A stretch of 64,000 nt of DNA, from the NCBI GenBank assembly GCA_045593405.1, contig JAZNWN010000023.1, forward strand, positions 38,662 to 102,661, given 5' to 3'. Shown one piece after another: positions 1-8,907 of the stretch (its first letter is position 1; each line of letters opens with the position of its first letter). Below the pieces are notes generated by a model. It was given only the letters and a program-made list of their open reading frames with translations. It ran no database searches and was not told the DNA's origin. The position numbers and the translations under genes were made by a program. Origin of the DNA: Clostridia bacterium. GTDB lineage: Bacteria; Bacillota; Clostridia; TANB77; CAG-508.

Positions 1-35
1 TGACTTGAAAAGTTGAGTTGATGGGAGGTTTTTTT

Positions 36-497
36 GTGAAAAAAATAATTATAGATGGTTATGAAATTATTGTTGAGAATGGAGTTTTTACAAGAGCTAT
101 TTTTAAAGATTTTGATGGAAATGAAATCAATATTGAATTAGGCGAAAAAATGCAAATGGAATTTCTTGAAAGAAGAAGAGAAGAGTTTAAGGAAGAAAAT
201 GAAAGAAGAAGACATATTGATAACTTTTTAAGAGATGATTTTTTATTTGAAGTTAAAACAGCAGAAAAATCATATTCAATAGAAGATTTAGTTATTAATG
301 AAAATCAAAGAGATTATATAATTCAAGAAATTTGGGAATTGCCACCAATACAAGCAAGAAGAACATTTATGCACTTAATAAATGAATATTCCCTAACTAA
401 AATTTCAAGAATTGAGAGAGTTTCAGTAACAGCCATAGATAAGAGTGTTTCTAAAGGAATTAAATACCTTAAAAAGAAATTAAAAAATTTTAATTAA
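36..497 (+). CDS. Sigma-70 region 4 (ECF-like) HTH protein of a mobile element
   Basis: C-terminal ELPPIQARRTFMHLINEYSLTKISRIERVSVTAIDKSVSKGIKYLKK fits a region-4 HTH; GGGAGG RBS before GTG 36. Confidence 0.75.
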   Translation: MKKIIIDGYEIIVENGVFTRAIFKDFDGNEINIELGEKMQMEFLERRREEFKEENERRRHIDNFLRDDFLFEVKTAEKSYSIEDLVINENQRDYIIQEIWELPPIQARRTFMHLINEYSLTKISRIERVSVTAIDKSVSKGIKYLKKKLKNFN

Positions 498-527
498 AGG
501 GGTTTAAATTTTTGTTTTTAGTGACTG

Positions 528-566
528 TACAAGTGAGAAATACATTTTTCTCACTTGTATTTTTTT
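528..566 (+). terminator. Intrinsic terminator
   Basis: Perfect 13-bp inverted repeat tacaagtgagaaa/tttctcacttgta followed by a T-tract. Confidence 0.7.
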
Positions 567-755
567 CGTACATTGACAAACACACTATAAAAAGTGTCAT
601 AGTCGGTTATAGGACAAAATAATGATACTTCTGTCTGGCTAACGTGATGTAAAGGGACAGCCTCTTGAGATAAAGGGGAGAGGAGCAAAAATCTCTATGT
701 GAATTGAGAAATATTCACTTATAACTGGCATCTTAAATATTAAAAATGAAAGGAT

Positions 756-971
756 TTGATAAATATGAATATTTTAATTGGAATTATATTTTTTGTAATA
801 GGTTTTATATTAGGAGTATTTACTAGAAATATTTTAATCAAGTTTATAAAAATAAATAACAAAATCAAAGAGGCAGAGAGAATTATTGCAGAGGAAAAGA
901 GAAGAAGAGATTTCAGAGAAAAGTATGATTTTTTCGGGGAGGATAAAACTAATGGACAAGATAATAAATAA
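756..971 (+). CDS. Small hypothetical membrane protein
   Basis: One hydrophobic N-terminal helix, charged tail, AAGGA RBS. Confidence 0.5.
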   Translation: MINMNILIGIIFFVIGFILGVFTRNILIKFIKINNKIKEAERIIAEEKRRRDFREKYDFFGEDKTNGQDNK

Positions 972-1119
972 GATTAATGGAAAACTATTTGAAATAGGAG
1001 CTCTGGTTATTTTAAAAAATAAAGGAATAGTAAATGAAGAAGAATTTTTGAAAATAAAACAGGATATCGAAACAGAATATTATATTAATGCTCGGTTAGA
1101 CTTTAATAATTATGGTTGA
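952..1119 (+). CDS. SHOCT-like small protein
   Basis: LKNKGIVNEEEFLKIK resembles the SHOCT motif; GGGAGG RBS before ATG 952; directly upstream of the recombinase. Confidence 0.55.
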   Translation: MDKIINKINGKLFEIGALVILKNKGIVNEEEFLKIKQDIETEYYINARLDFNNYG

Positions 1120-1156
1120 TATAATTTATATTGTAAAGATATGAAAGGAGGTAATT

Positions 1157-2923
1157 TTGCAAGTAAATGTAATTAAGAAAATTAATGGAAGAGTTAATAG
1201 AGATACAGGAACTGTATTACTAGAAAACCTAAAAGTCGCTGCTTATTGTAGAGTAAGTACAGATTCCGAAGATCAATTAAATAGTTATCAAGCTCAAAAA
1301 TCATATTATAGTGAGAAGATAAGGGAAAATTCAAAATGGAGTTTTGTAGGAATATATGCTGATGAAGCAATTTCAGGAACACAAGACCATAAAAGAACAG
1401 ATTTTTTAAGAATGATAAGTGATGCTACTGATAAAAAGATTGACTTAATATTAACAAAATCTATTTCAAGATTTGCAAGAAATACATTAGATACTTTAAA
1501 ATATGTTAGATTATTAAAGGAAAAGAATGTAGGAATACTATTTGAAGAAGAAAACATAAATACATTAGAAATGACAGGAGAACTACTTCTAACTATTTTA
1601 AGTTCTGTGGCACAACAAGAAAGCGAAAATATTTCCGAACACGTCAAACTAGGTCTTAAAATGAGAAGAGAAAAAGGCGAACTAGTTGGTTTTAATAATT
1701 GCCTGGGGTACGAATATGATAGAGAAACAAAGAAAATGATTATAAAAGAAGATGAGGCACAAATTGTTAGATATATCTTCGAAAGATATTGTAAAGGAAT
1801 AGGATGTAAAACTATTGCTAGAGAATTAACTGCACAGAAACATAAGACACCAAAGGGCTTAGATGTTTGGGCTGAGAGTACAGTTATGGGAATAATTAAA
1901 AATGAAAAGTACAAAGGTGATGTATTAATGGGAAAAACTTTTACTACTGATCCTATTAGTAAAAAGAGAATTACAAACAGAGGGGAAGAAGATAGATATT
2001 ATATTTCTGAACATCACAAAGGAATAATAAGTGCAGAAGTTTATGAAAAAGCTCATCAGATATTAAAAAAGAGGAGTGATGTAAGGGAAACAGGAAGAAG
2101 AAAAGGTAATTATAGTAAGAAGTTTCCTTTAAGTAGTAAATTGTATTGTGGCTTTTGTGGGACAGTGCTTACAAGGAGAAATATGAATTCTGGTAGTAAA
2201 ACTTCAAAACGTATATGGCAATGTATGACAGCTGTTAAGGTAGGTAAAGAATATTGTGAAGAAAGTAGACTAATCAGAGAAGATGTTGTAGAAAAAGCAT
2301 TTGTTGATGCATACAGGATTTTATCTAATAATAACAAAAGTATTATAAATAAATTTTTAAATAGAGTAGAGGGAGTAATATCACAATCAACATCTCAAAA
2401 TGAGAAAAATAAAATAGAAAAACAAATTGAACTACAAAGGTCTAAAATAGATAAGTTATTAGAATTATTAACAGAAGATTTGATTGATAAAGTTACTTTT
2501 ACTGAAAGAAAAATATCAATAGATAAAAAAATTGAAAAATTAGAAAATGATTTGTTACATATTAAGTTAGAAGAAGAAGATAAAGAAAATATAAATAATG
2601 GTATAGATAAGTTAAAGAAGATTTTTGAGAGCGATATAGTTTTTGATACATTTGATAAGGATATATTTGAGGCAACTGTGAAATATGCAATAATAGGTGG
2701 ATTAGATGAGAATAATAATGAAGATCCATATATAATTAGATTTATTTTAAGAAATGGAAGTAATTATAACAGGAATTCAGATAATGTATTAGATTTAGAT
2801 ACAGTAACTGTTTTAGAGTTTAAAAGTAAGCAGAACTTCTTTATTTTTGAAAAAAATGAAAGGAATTTTAATACAAAAAAACTTATAGAAAATATTAAGG
2901 TAAGAGTTGAGCTAGAAAGCTAG
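1157..2923 (+). CDS. Large serine recombinase (resolvase + recombinase + Zn-ribbon)
   Basis: VAAYCRVSTDSEDQ catalytic motif, KSISRFARN, YCGFCG Zn ribbon, coiled coil; AAAGGAGG RBS. Confidence 0.95.
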   Translation: MQVNVIKKINGRVNRDTGTVLLENLKVAAYCRVSTDSEDQLNSYQAQKSYYSEKIRENSKWSFVGIYADEAISGTQDHKRTDFLRMISDATDKKIDLILTKSISRFARNTLDTLKYVRLLKEKNVGILFEEENINTLEMTGELLLTILSSVAQQESENISEHVKLGLKMRREKGELVGFNNCLGYEYDRETKKMIIKEDEAQIVRYIFERYCKGIGCKTIARELTAQKHKTPKGLDVWAESTVMGIIKNEKYKGDVLMGKTFTTDPISKKRITNRGEEDRYYISEHHKGIISAEVYEKAHQILKKRSDVRETGRRKGNYSKKFPLSSKLYCGFCGTVLTRRNMNSGSKTSKRIWQCMTAVKVGKEYCEESRLIREDVVEKAFVDAYRILSNNNKSIINKFLNRVEGVISQSTSQNEKNKIEKQIELQRSKIDKLLELLTEDLIDKVTFTERKISIDKKIEKLENDLLHIKLEEEDKENINNGIDKLKKIFESDIVFDTFDKDIFEATVKYAIIGGLDENNNEDPYIIRFILRNGSNYNRNSDNVLDLDTVTVLEFKSKQNFFIFEKNERNFNTKKLIENIKVRVELES

Positions 2924-3010
2924 CAAAAAATTCAATGTTGTGTTATACTACTGTTGTCGGTAGAGGTATCACTTTAACAACAGACAACATATTTTATATA
3001 CTGCAACCGA

Positions 3011-3070
3011 CCACATACATCACATGTTGAATGTGTTTCCGTGCTATACCTAAAAGATTCGATACAATAG
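3011..3070 (+). pseudogene. rlmD: Displaced 3' end of 23S rRNA m5U methyltransferase gene; attachment-site junction
   Basis: Translates PHTSHVECVSVLYLKDSIQ*, matching the RlmD/RumA terminal motif (D-M-F-P-x-T-x-H-V-E-x-V), with no upstream gene body. Confidence 0.8.
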
Positions 3071-3251
3071 TTGAATTTATAATATTTAGAGATTATGATA
3101 TTTTTAATAAGAAAAACAATATTAAAGCAAAAAAAAGAAAAAATAATGAAATTATACTTAAAGTAGAGTTCAACCTAGAATTTGGAAACATAAGAAAATA
3201 TGATTATTGATTTAAACAATAAAAAGAGTAAAAAACAATGGAAAGAATAAA

Positions 3252-3869
3252 ATGAGGAAAAAATATATGGAGAAAGAATTTATTGATAAAGTCTTAAAAG
3301 TAATGGGATTTGATATAGATGATAAAGAAAAATCGCTAATTCAATTTGTTAATATGCGTGAATATGGAGTGGCAAGTGAAGAAAAACCATTATTATTAAC
3401 CCTGAACTTACAATCATGTATAGCTTTAATAGCACACACAGAGAACTTTTCATTTTTAGCACATATGAATGTTATTAGAGGTAATTGGGGTCAAGACTTT
3501 GATATTGATGAAGCAAATGGAAGTTCAAAGTGCAAAAAAGTGGAAGATTTATATAATGAAATATTAAAGCATAAAGATAAAATTAGTCAACCAATTAATA
3601 TTGGATTAGTATTAGGAATATCGCCGGTTGAAAAAGATTATATAAGCAGGAGGATATTAGAAAATGATTTATTGAATATGTTTGAGAAATTAAGAGTAAA
3701 TAATATTCGTGCAAATAGACTGCCAGACATAAACAGCTGGAGTTTTATATTGGATTCCAGAATAGGAAAAATTATACATGATGGAGTTGAATGTAAAAAT
3801 AAAATTACAAGGATTTTTCATGAGGAAAAGCAAGATAAAGATGAATCAAATTGGGAATTTGAAATTTAA
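3252..3869 (+). CDS. Hypothetical protein with CheD-like deamidase motif
   Basis: EYGV..LLTLNLQSCIALIAH..FSFLAH resembles the CheD TxGLGSCV...AH Cys/His motif. Confidence 0.5.
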   Translation: MRKKYMEKEFIDKVLKVMGFDIDDKEKSLIQFVNMREYGVASEEKPLLLTLNLQSCIALIAHTENFSFLAHMNVIRGNWGQDFDIDEANGSSKCKKVEDLYNEILKHKDKISQPINIGLVLGISPVEKDYISRRILENDLLNMFEKLRVNNIRANRLPDINSWSFILDSRIGKIIHDGVECKNKITRIFHEEKQDKDESNWEFEI

Positions 3870-3991
3870 TATTATATGTTTCTAATCGACAGATAAGCCC
3901 GCTAATATATGTTCTTATTTATGTTTAAGTCGTTAGTATTTTAGAATTAAAAAATAAATTATATTTTTGTTGTTTATTAAAGGAGGATTTT

Positions 3992-4243
3992 ATGATAGAA
4001 ATAAAATTTGATAAAAACAATAATAAATCTATAGCATATGATAATGATATCAAAATTGGAGAATGTGAGTTTATAGAACTAGAAGAATGCTGGAATATAA
4101 CACACACAGAAGTTAATAATTTGTATCAAGGACAAGGTGTTGCAAGAAGATTAGTAGAAAGTATTGTTGAAAATGCAAAAAAATTTAATAAGAATATTAT
4201 TGCAGAATGTTCTTATGCAAAAAAAGTAATTGAAAACATGTAA
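3992..4243 (+). CDS. Small GNAT acetyltransferase (YjdJ-like)
   Basis: ITHTEV..YQGQGVARRLV..IIAECSYA motif. Confidence 0.85.
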   Translation: MIEIKFDKNNNKSIAYDNDIKIGECEFIELEECWNITHTEVNNLYQGQGVARRLVESIVENAKKFNKNIIAECSYAKKVIENM

Positions 4244-4273
4244 AAAATATTATTTTAGAAAGAGGAGAAATTT

Positions 4274-4897
4274 ATGCCAGCAAAAAGAAAAGGTAAAAGA
4301 AAAAATAGAAGAATAAAATTTAGTGAACTAAATTATGTTGAAAAAAATTATATGCAAAGGGGAAAAGCAATAATTCCAATAAAACTTGAAAAAATATCAG
4401 ATTTATATATGAAGCATGACTATAAGCAAATGGAACTATCGGATAGTATATGTGATTATATTGAAGAAATTGCATATATGATTCCAATAAATACAGATAT
4501 AGTTCTAGAAATTCATTGCCCAGAGATAGATGAAGAAATGCAAAATAAAATCAAGAAAAATATTAAAAATAATTATGGTATGGAAATTGATGACAATGAG
4601 TATGACTTATCAATTAATAATAGAAGAGCCTTGATATTTGCAGTTGTTGGAATTTTATTACTTATAGTACATATATTAATTGAAAGTTATGGAAGATTAT
4701 TTGCTGACTTCTTAAGTGTAGTTTGGTGGGTAGCAATTTGGGATATGGTTGAAATTTTGTTTTTAGGAAACCAGGATATAAAATGGAAAAGATTAAATAA
4801 TCAGCAATTATATGATAGCACAGTAAGATTTGTTTTTGATGATAAAGTTGATGATGAAAATACAGAAGAAAATTCTAAAAGTGAAATTGGGGTCTAA
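4274..4897 (+). CDS. Hypothetical membrane protein
   Basis: 207-aa ORF with RBS and two C-terminal hydrophobic helices. Confidence 0.7.
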   Translation: MPAKRKGKRKNRRIKFSELNYVEKNYMQRGKAIIPIKLEKISDLYMKHDYKQMELSDSICDYIEEIAYMIPINTDIVLEIHCPEIDEEMQNKIKKNIKNNYGMEIDDNEYDLSINNRRALIFAVVGILLLIVHILIESYGRLFADFLSVVWWVAIWDMVEILFLGNQDIKWKRLNNQQLYDSTVRFVFDDKVDDENTEENSKSEIGV

Positions 4898-4899
4898 TA

Positions 4900-5751
4900 A
4901 TGTTTAAAAAAATATATATAGAAATAACCAACATCTGTAATCTGAATTGTAAATTTTGTCCAGAGACAAATAGAGAAAAAGAAAGTATGAGTATAGAAGA
5001 CTTTGAAGAGGTAATTAAAAAAATACATAACCACACAAATTTAATAACTTTACATGTAAAGGGAGAGCCATTATTACATAAAAATTTAGAAGATATACTT
5101 CAAATATTAGAGAAATACGATTTAAAAGCAAATATAACAACAAATGGAACATTAATAAAAGAAAAACTTGAGATAATTAAAAAATCTAAAGCAGTAAGAC
5201 AAATTAATTTTTCAATTCATAGTATTACTCAAAATGAACAGTTAAATAATCAATATTTAATAGATATTCTTGAAAGTGCAGAAGAATTAAAAAATATAAT
5301 AATTTCATATAGATTATGGAATATGCAAAGCTTTCAGGAAAATGATATTAATACTAGCATAATAGAAACAATAGAAGGTTACTATAATATAAAGAATTTA
5401 AAAGAGCAATTACTAAAAAATAATTCTGTAAAATTAAGAGAAAATCTATTTATTAATCAAGATATTGAATTTACTTGGCCAGACATAAATAAAAATAAAA
5501 TAATAGAAAAAGGAAGATGTTTGGCATTAAAAGACCAAGTTGCAATACTTGTAGATGGAACTGTTGTACCTTGCTGTTTAGATAATAATGGAGATATACC
5601 ACTTGGAAATATATTTGAAGAAACAATGGAAGAAATATTAGAAAAGCCTAAAAGTGTAACTATAAAAAAGAATTTTGAAAATAGTATTATAACTTGCAAA
5701 CTTTGTAAAACTTGTGGTTTTTTAAAAAGGTTAGAGAATAAAAGAAAATAA
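4900..5751 (+). CDS. Radical SAM/SPASM domain protein
   Basis: CNLNCKFC (CxxxCxxC), GEPLLH, TTNG, C-terminal DGTVVPCC..CKTC. Confidence 0.9.
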   Translation: MFKKIYIEITNICNLNCKFCPETNREKESMSIEDFEEVIKKIHNHTNLITLHVKGEPLLHKNLEDILQILEKYDLKANITTNGTLIKEKLEIIKKSKAVRQINFSIHSITQNEQLNNQYLIDILESAEELKNIIISYRLWNMQSFQENDINTSIIETIEGYYNIKNLKEQLLKNNSVKLRENLFINQDIEFTWPDINKNKIIEKGRCLALKDQVAILVDGTVVPCCLDNNGDIPLGNIFEETMEEILEKPKSVTIKKNFENSIITCKLCKTCGFLKRLENKRK

Positions 5752-5780
5752 GGTCATTTTGCTATTTAGGGGGGATCGAG

Positions 5781-6716
5781 ATAAAAATTTTAATATTTAT
5801 ACCACTTGGACTATTAATATTAATAGCAATATATTTTCTTATAGGAATTTACTTTTATAACATAGCATTAAATCCTAAGAAAACAAAACCCAAAGGATTA
5901 GAAGATAATATAGAGGAAACATTGGGAGAAAAAGAAGCAAGAATAGAATATACAAATTGGCTTAAAAACCATTCAAAGGATGTATATATAACTACAACTA
6001 ATAATGGAACTCTAAAATTACATGCATATGAAATGGAAAATTCACAAAAGTCAGATGTATGGGCAATTGTAATTCATGGTTATTTAATACAAGGAAAAGA
6101 TATGGCATACTATGCAAGAGAATTCTATAATAGAGGATATAATGTTTTGTTAGTAGACTTAAGAGGACATGGACAAAGTGAGGGGGATTATGTTGGAATG
6201 GGATGGCATGATAGATTAGATATTATAGATTGGATTAATTATCTTATAGAAAAGAATAATAATTGTAAAATAATATTGCATGGAGTATCTATGGGAGGCG
6301 CAACTGTAATGATGGTAACAGGAGAAATTTTGCCAGGTAATGTAAAAGTTGCAATTGAAGACTGTGGATATAGTTCAATATGGGATGAGTTTAAAATGCA
6401 ATTAAAATTATTATATAATTTGCCAACATTTCCAGTATTAAATGCAGCAAGTTTAGTTTGCAATATCAAGTCAGGATATAAAATAGAAGATGGCTCTAGT
6501 GTGGAACAAGTAAAAAAATCAAAAATACCAACACTATTTATTCATGGAGATCAAGATAAATTTGTACCATTTGAAATGCTAGATAAAGTATATGAATCAG
6601 CAAATTGTAAAAAAGAGAAATTAGCAATAAAGGGAGCTGCACATGCTGAAGCAGTTAGTATAAATCCAGATTTATATTGGGATACAATTGATACATTTGT
6701 TGAAAAAAACATATAA
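5781..6716 (+). CDS. Membrane-anchored alpha/beta hydrolase (probable ATA start)
   Basis: HGY, GHGQSEG, GVSMG nucleophile elbow, HGDQD, GAAHA; frame open upstream of 5922 to ATA 5781, adding a TM helix after an AGGGGG RBS. Confidence 0.85.
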   Translation: MKILIFIPLGLLILIAIYFLIGIYFYNIALNPKKTKPKGLEDNIEETLGEKEARIEYTNWLKNHSKDVYITTTNNGTLKLHAYEMENSQKSDVWAIVIHGYLIQGKDMAYYAREFYNRGYNVLLVDLRGHGQSEGDYVGMGWHDRLDIIDWINYLIEKNNNCKIILHGVSMGGATVMMVTGEILPGNVKVAIEDCGYSSIWDEFKMQLKLLYNLPTFPVLNAASLVCNIKSGYKIEDGSSVEQVKKSKIPTLFIHGDQDKFVPFEMLDKVYESANCKKEKLAIKGAAHAEAVSINPDLYWDTIDTFVEKNI

Positions 6717-6882
6717 TAAAATAAAATTGAGTTATTGAAGAAGAGATAAAATGATAATAACATGAATATATTTAAATAATTAGGGGATATTTGCATTGCA
6801 AATATCCCTTTTTGTATTTGTTTAAAAAATTATGCACACATTATTTTACAATGCATATATTAAAATAATGGGAGTGATAAAA

Positions 6883-7330
6883 ATGGCATATTCAGACAGA
6901 GAACTCATAGCTAGAATTGTCCAATGTGAAGCGGGAGGGGAAGGGGACAACCGGGATGAAGGCAGTTGCTAGTGTTGTTATGAATAGAGTAAATGTTTCA
7001 GAAGGAGAATATGCTAGAATTTCACAAGGAGGGAATATAAGAAACATTATTTTTCAACCAGGACAATTTGATTGTGTGGCAGAAACAGTTTTAAATAAAT
7101 ATAATCCGCAAAATATTTATAATATGACTCCAACGGATATTCATTATTATATAGCTGACTGGGCTTTGGCAGGAAATAGGCTAAATGAAATAGGAGAATG
7201 TCTGTGGTACTTAAATCCATTTAGACCAACTTGTGGTAGTACATTTCCAAGCAATGGCTCTGGAACCTTGCATACAAGACTAGGAGAACATTGTTTTTAC
7301 AGACCTACTAGCGTGTATAGAGAAACTTAA
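6883..7330 (+). CDS. Spore cortex cell-wall hydrolase (Hydrolase_2, CwlJ/SleB-like), +1 shift at CGG 6952
   Basis: ATG 6883 gives MAYSDRELIARIVQCEAGGEGDN; after skipping C6952 it continues GMKAVASVVMNRV...QFDC...HCFY. Confidence 0.85.
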
Positions 7331-7352
7331 ATAGTTAAAAAGGAGGAGTTTT

Positions 7353-7682
7353 ATGGATGAGAACAAAGCAGAATTAAACCAAAGAGAAACAAGGCAAAAT
7401 GAAATAAATGAAAATTCACCGGAGGTTTTAACAAATTCAATATATACACCAGGTTTTTTAAGACAACAAATAGGAAAACTAATGAGAGTAGAGTTTTTAA
7501 TTGGAACAAATAATATGACAGATAGAATAGGTATTCTGCAAGATGTTGGAGCAAGCTACATATTACTTCGTTCTCTTGAAAATGATAGTTTAGTATATTG
7601 TGATATTTATGCAATAAAATTTATAACAATATCTACATCGGGAATATATGGTGCAGGAGTTAATAATAGATTTTATTATTAA
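7353..7682 (+). CDS. Conserved hypothetical, probably spore-associated protein
   Basis: QIGKLMRVEFLIGT...VGASYILL; AGGAGG RBS; co-transcribed with the hydrolase. Confidence 0.65.
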   Translation: MDENKAELNQRETRQNEINENSPEVLTNSIYTPGFLRQQIGKLMRVEFLIGTNNMTDRIGILQDVGASYILLRSLENDSLVYCDIYAIKFITISTSGIYGAGVNNRFYY

Positions 7683-7793
7683 TGTAAAAATACTCATAAA
7701 AAATGTAGAAAAACAGCTAAAAAAGTTTTGACAAAATACTAATTATATGATACAAATAGTCTAATAATATAATAAAAAAATGGGGATGTAAAA

Positions 7794-8336
7794 ATGGGAG
7801 ATATAAATGTATTTACAGGGCCAATGAAATGCGGAAAAACACAAAAAATATTAGACGAAGCACAAAGACAACAAATAGCAGGAAAAAATATAAAAGTATT
7901 TAAACCAAAAATAGATGATAGATTTTCAGATGTAGAAGTAGTTAGTAGAAAAGGTTATAAAACAGATGCAATAGCGATTGATGATATAAATGAGATAAAA
8001 GACTATGATGCAGATGTATATGTAATAGATGAATTTCAATTCTTAAAAGGAGATTTAAAGGAATTATATAGATTAGCAAATACAGGTAAAAAATTCTATA
8101 TTGCAGGATTAAATTTAACAGCAGAAAGAAAACCATTTGGAAGCATGGGAGATTTATTATGTATGTCTGACAATGTTCAAATACTTACATCTGTATGTGA
8201 AGAATGTAGAAACGATAATGCAATATATACATATTATAAAGGGGATAATAAAACAGGTGATATATTAGTTGGAGAAGACTGCTATATACCAGTTTGTAGA
8301 AAATGTTATGAAAGATTAATGAGAGAAAAAAATTAA
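7794..8336 (+). CDS. tdk: Thymidine kinase
   Basis: GPMKCGKT P-loop, IDEFQF, C-terminal Zn cysteines, YIPVCRKCY. Confidence 0.95.
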   Translation: MGDINVFTGPMKCGKTQKILDEAQRQQIAGKNIKVFKPKIDDRFSDVEVVSRKGYKTDAIAIDDINEIKDYDADVYVIDEFQFLKGDLKELYRLANTGKKFYIAGLNLTAERKPFGSMGDLLCMSDNVQILTSVCEECRNDNAIYTYYKGDNKTGDILVGEDCYIPVCRKCYERLMREKN

Positions 8337-8353
8337 TATCAAAGGAGAAATTA

Positions 8354-8566
8354 ATGAAACAAACAAAAGATAATGCAGGAATGACATTGTTTGCACTAGT
8401 AATGACTATAATAGTTTTATTAATATTGATAATAGTAATAATTATTGAAATAGATAGAGGTATATTTGAGCATGCAAATAAGTATGTAACAGAGATAGAA
8501 GAATCAGCTTTTGAAGGAGAAGAATTAGAAAATCAATTTGTTGAAGAATATAAAGAGTACTTGTAA
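8354..8566 (+). CDS. Small pilin-like protein (class III signal peptide)
   Basis: NAG-MTLFALVMTIIVLLIL prepilin-like N-terminus. Confidence 0.55.
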   Translation: MKQTKDNAGMTLFALVMTIIVLLILIIVIIIEIDRGIFEHANKYVTEIEESAFEGEELENQFVEEYKEYL

Positions 8567-8907
8567 GTGCTCTTTTTTATTTGAGACAATAATTTATCGA
8601 AGTGGGATGTAGGAAGTGTGTTTTTTAGGGTTAATTCTTCGAAGGATAACCTTAAAAAATAGCACCTCACACTTCATACCTCTCACATCTAAATTGTTAT
8701 TTACTGATGCTCCATAATTGTATCAAATTCATAAAAATTATTATCTGATTAAATTTTTTCATATTATTATTTTTTAATGTTTTTAAAAATCCTTGACAAC
8801 TTACAATATAAAATGTAAAATATAATAGTACAGAAATTATAAATATTTAAATGTATAATATATATAATCTGAACATTGAAAAATTAATAGAAAGAGGTGT
8901 ATTATTT

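Larger units (their letters stand above)
1..3010 (+). mobile_element. Right end of an ICE/IME-like integrative element with a serine integrase
   Basis: Gene order sigma70-r4, small ORFs, large serine recombinase, followed directly by the orphan 3' end of rlmD at 3011. Confidence 0.8.
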
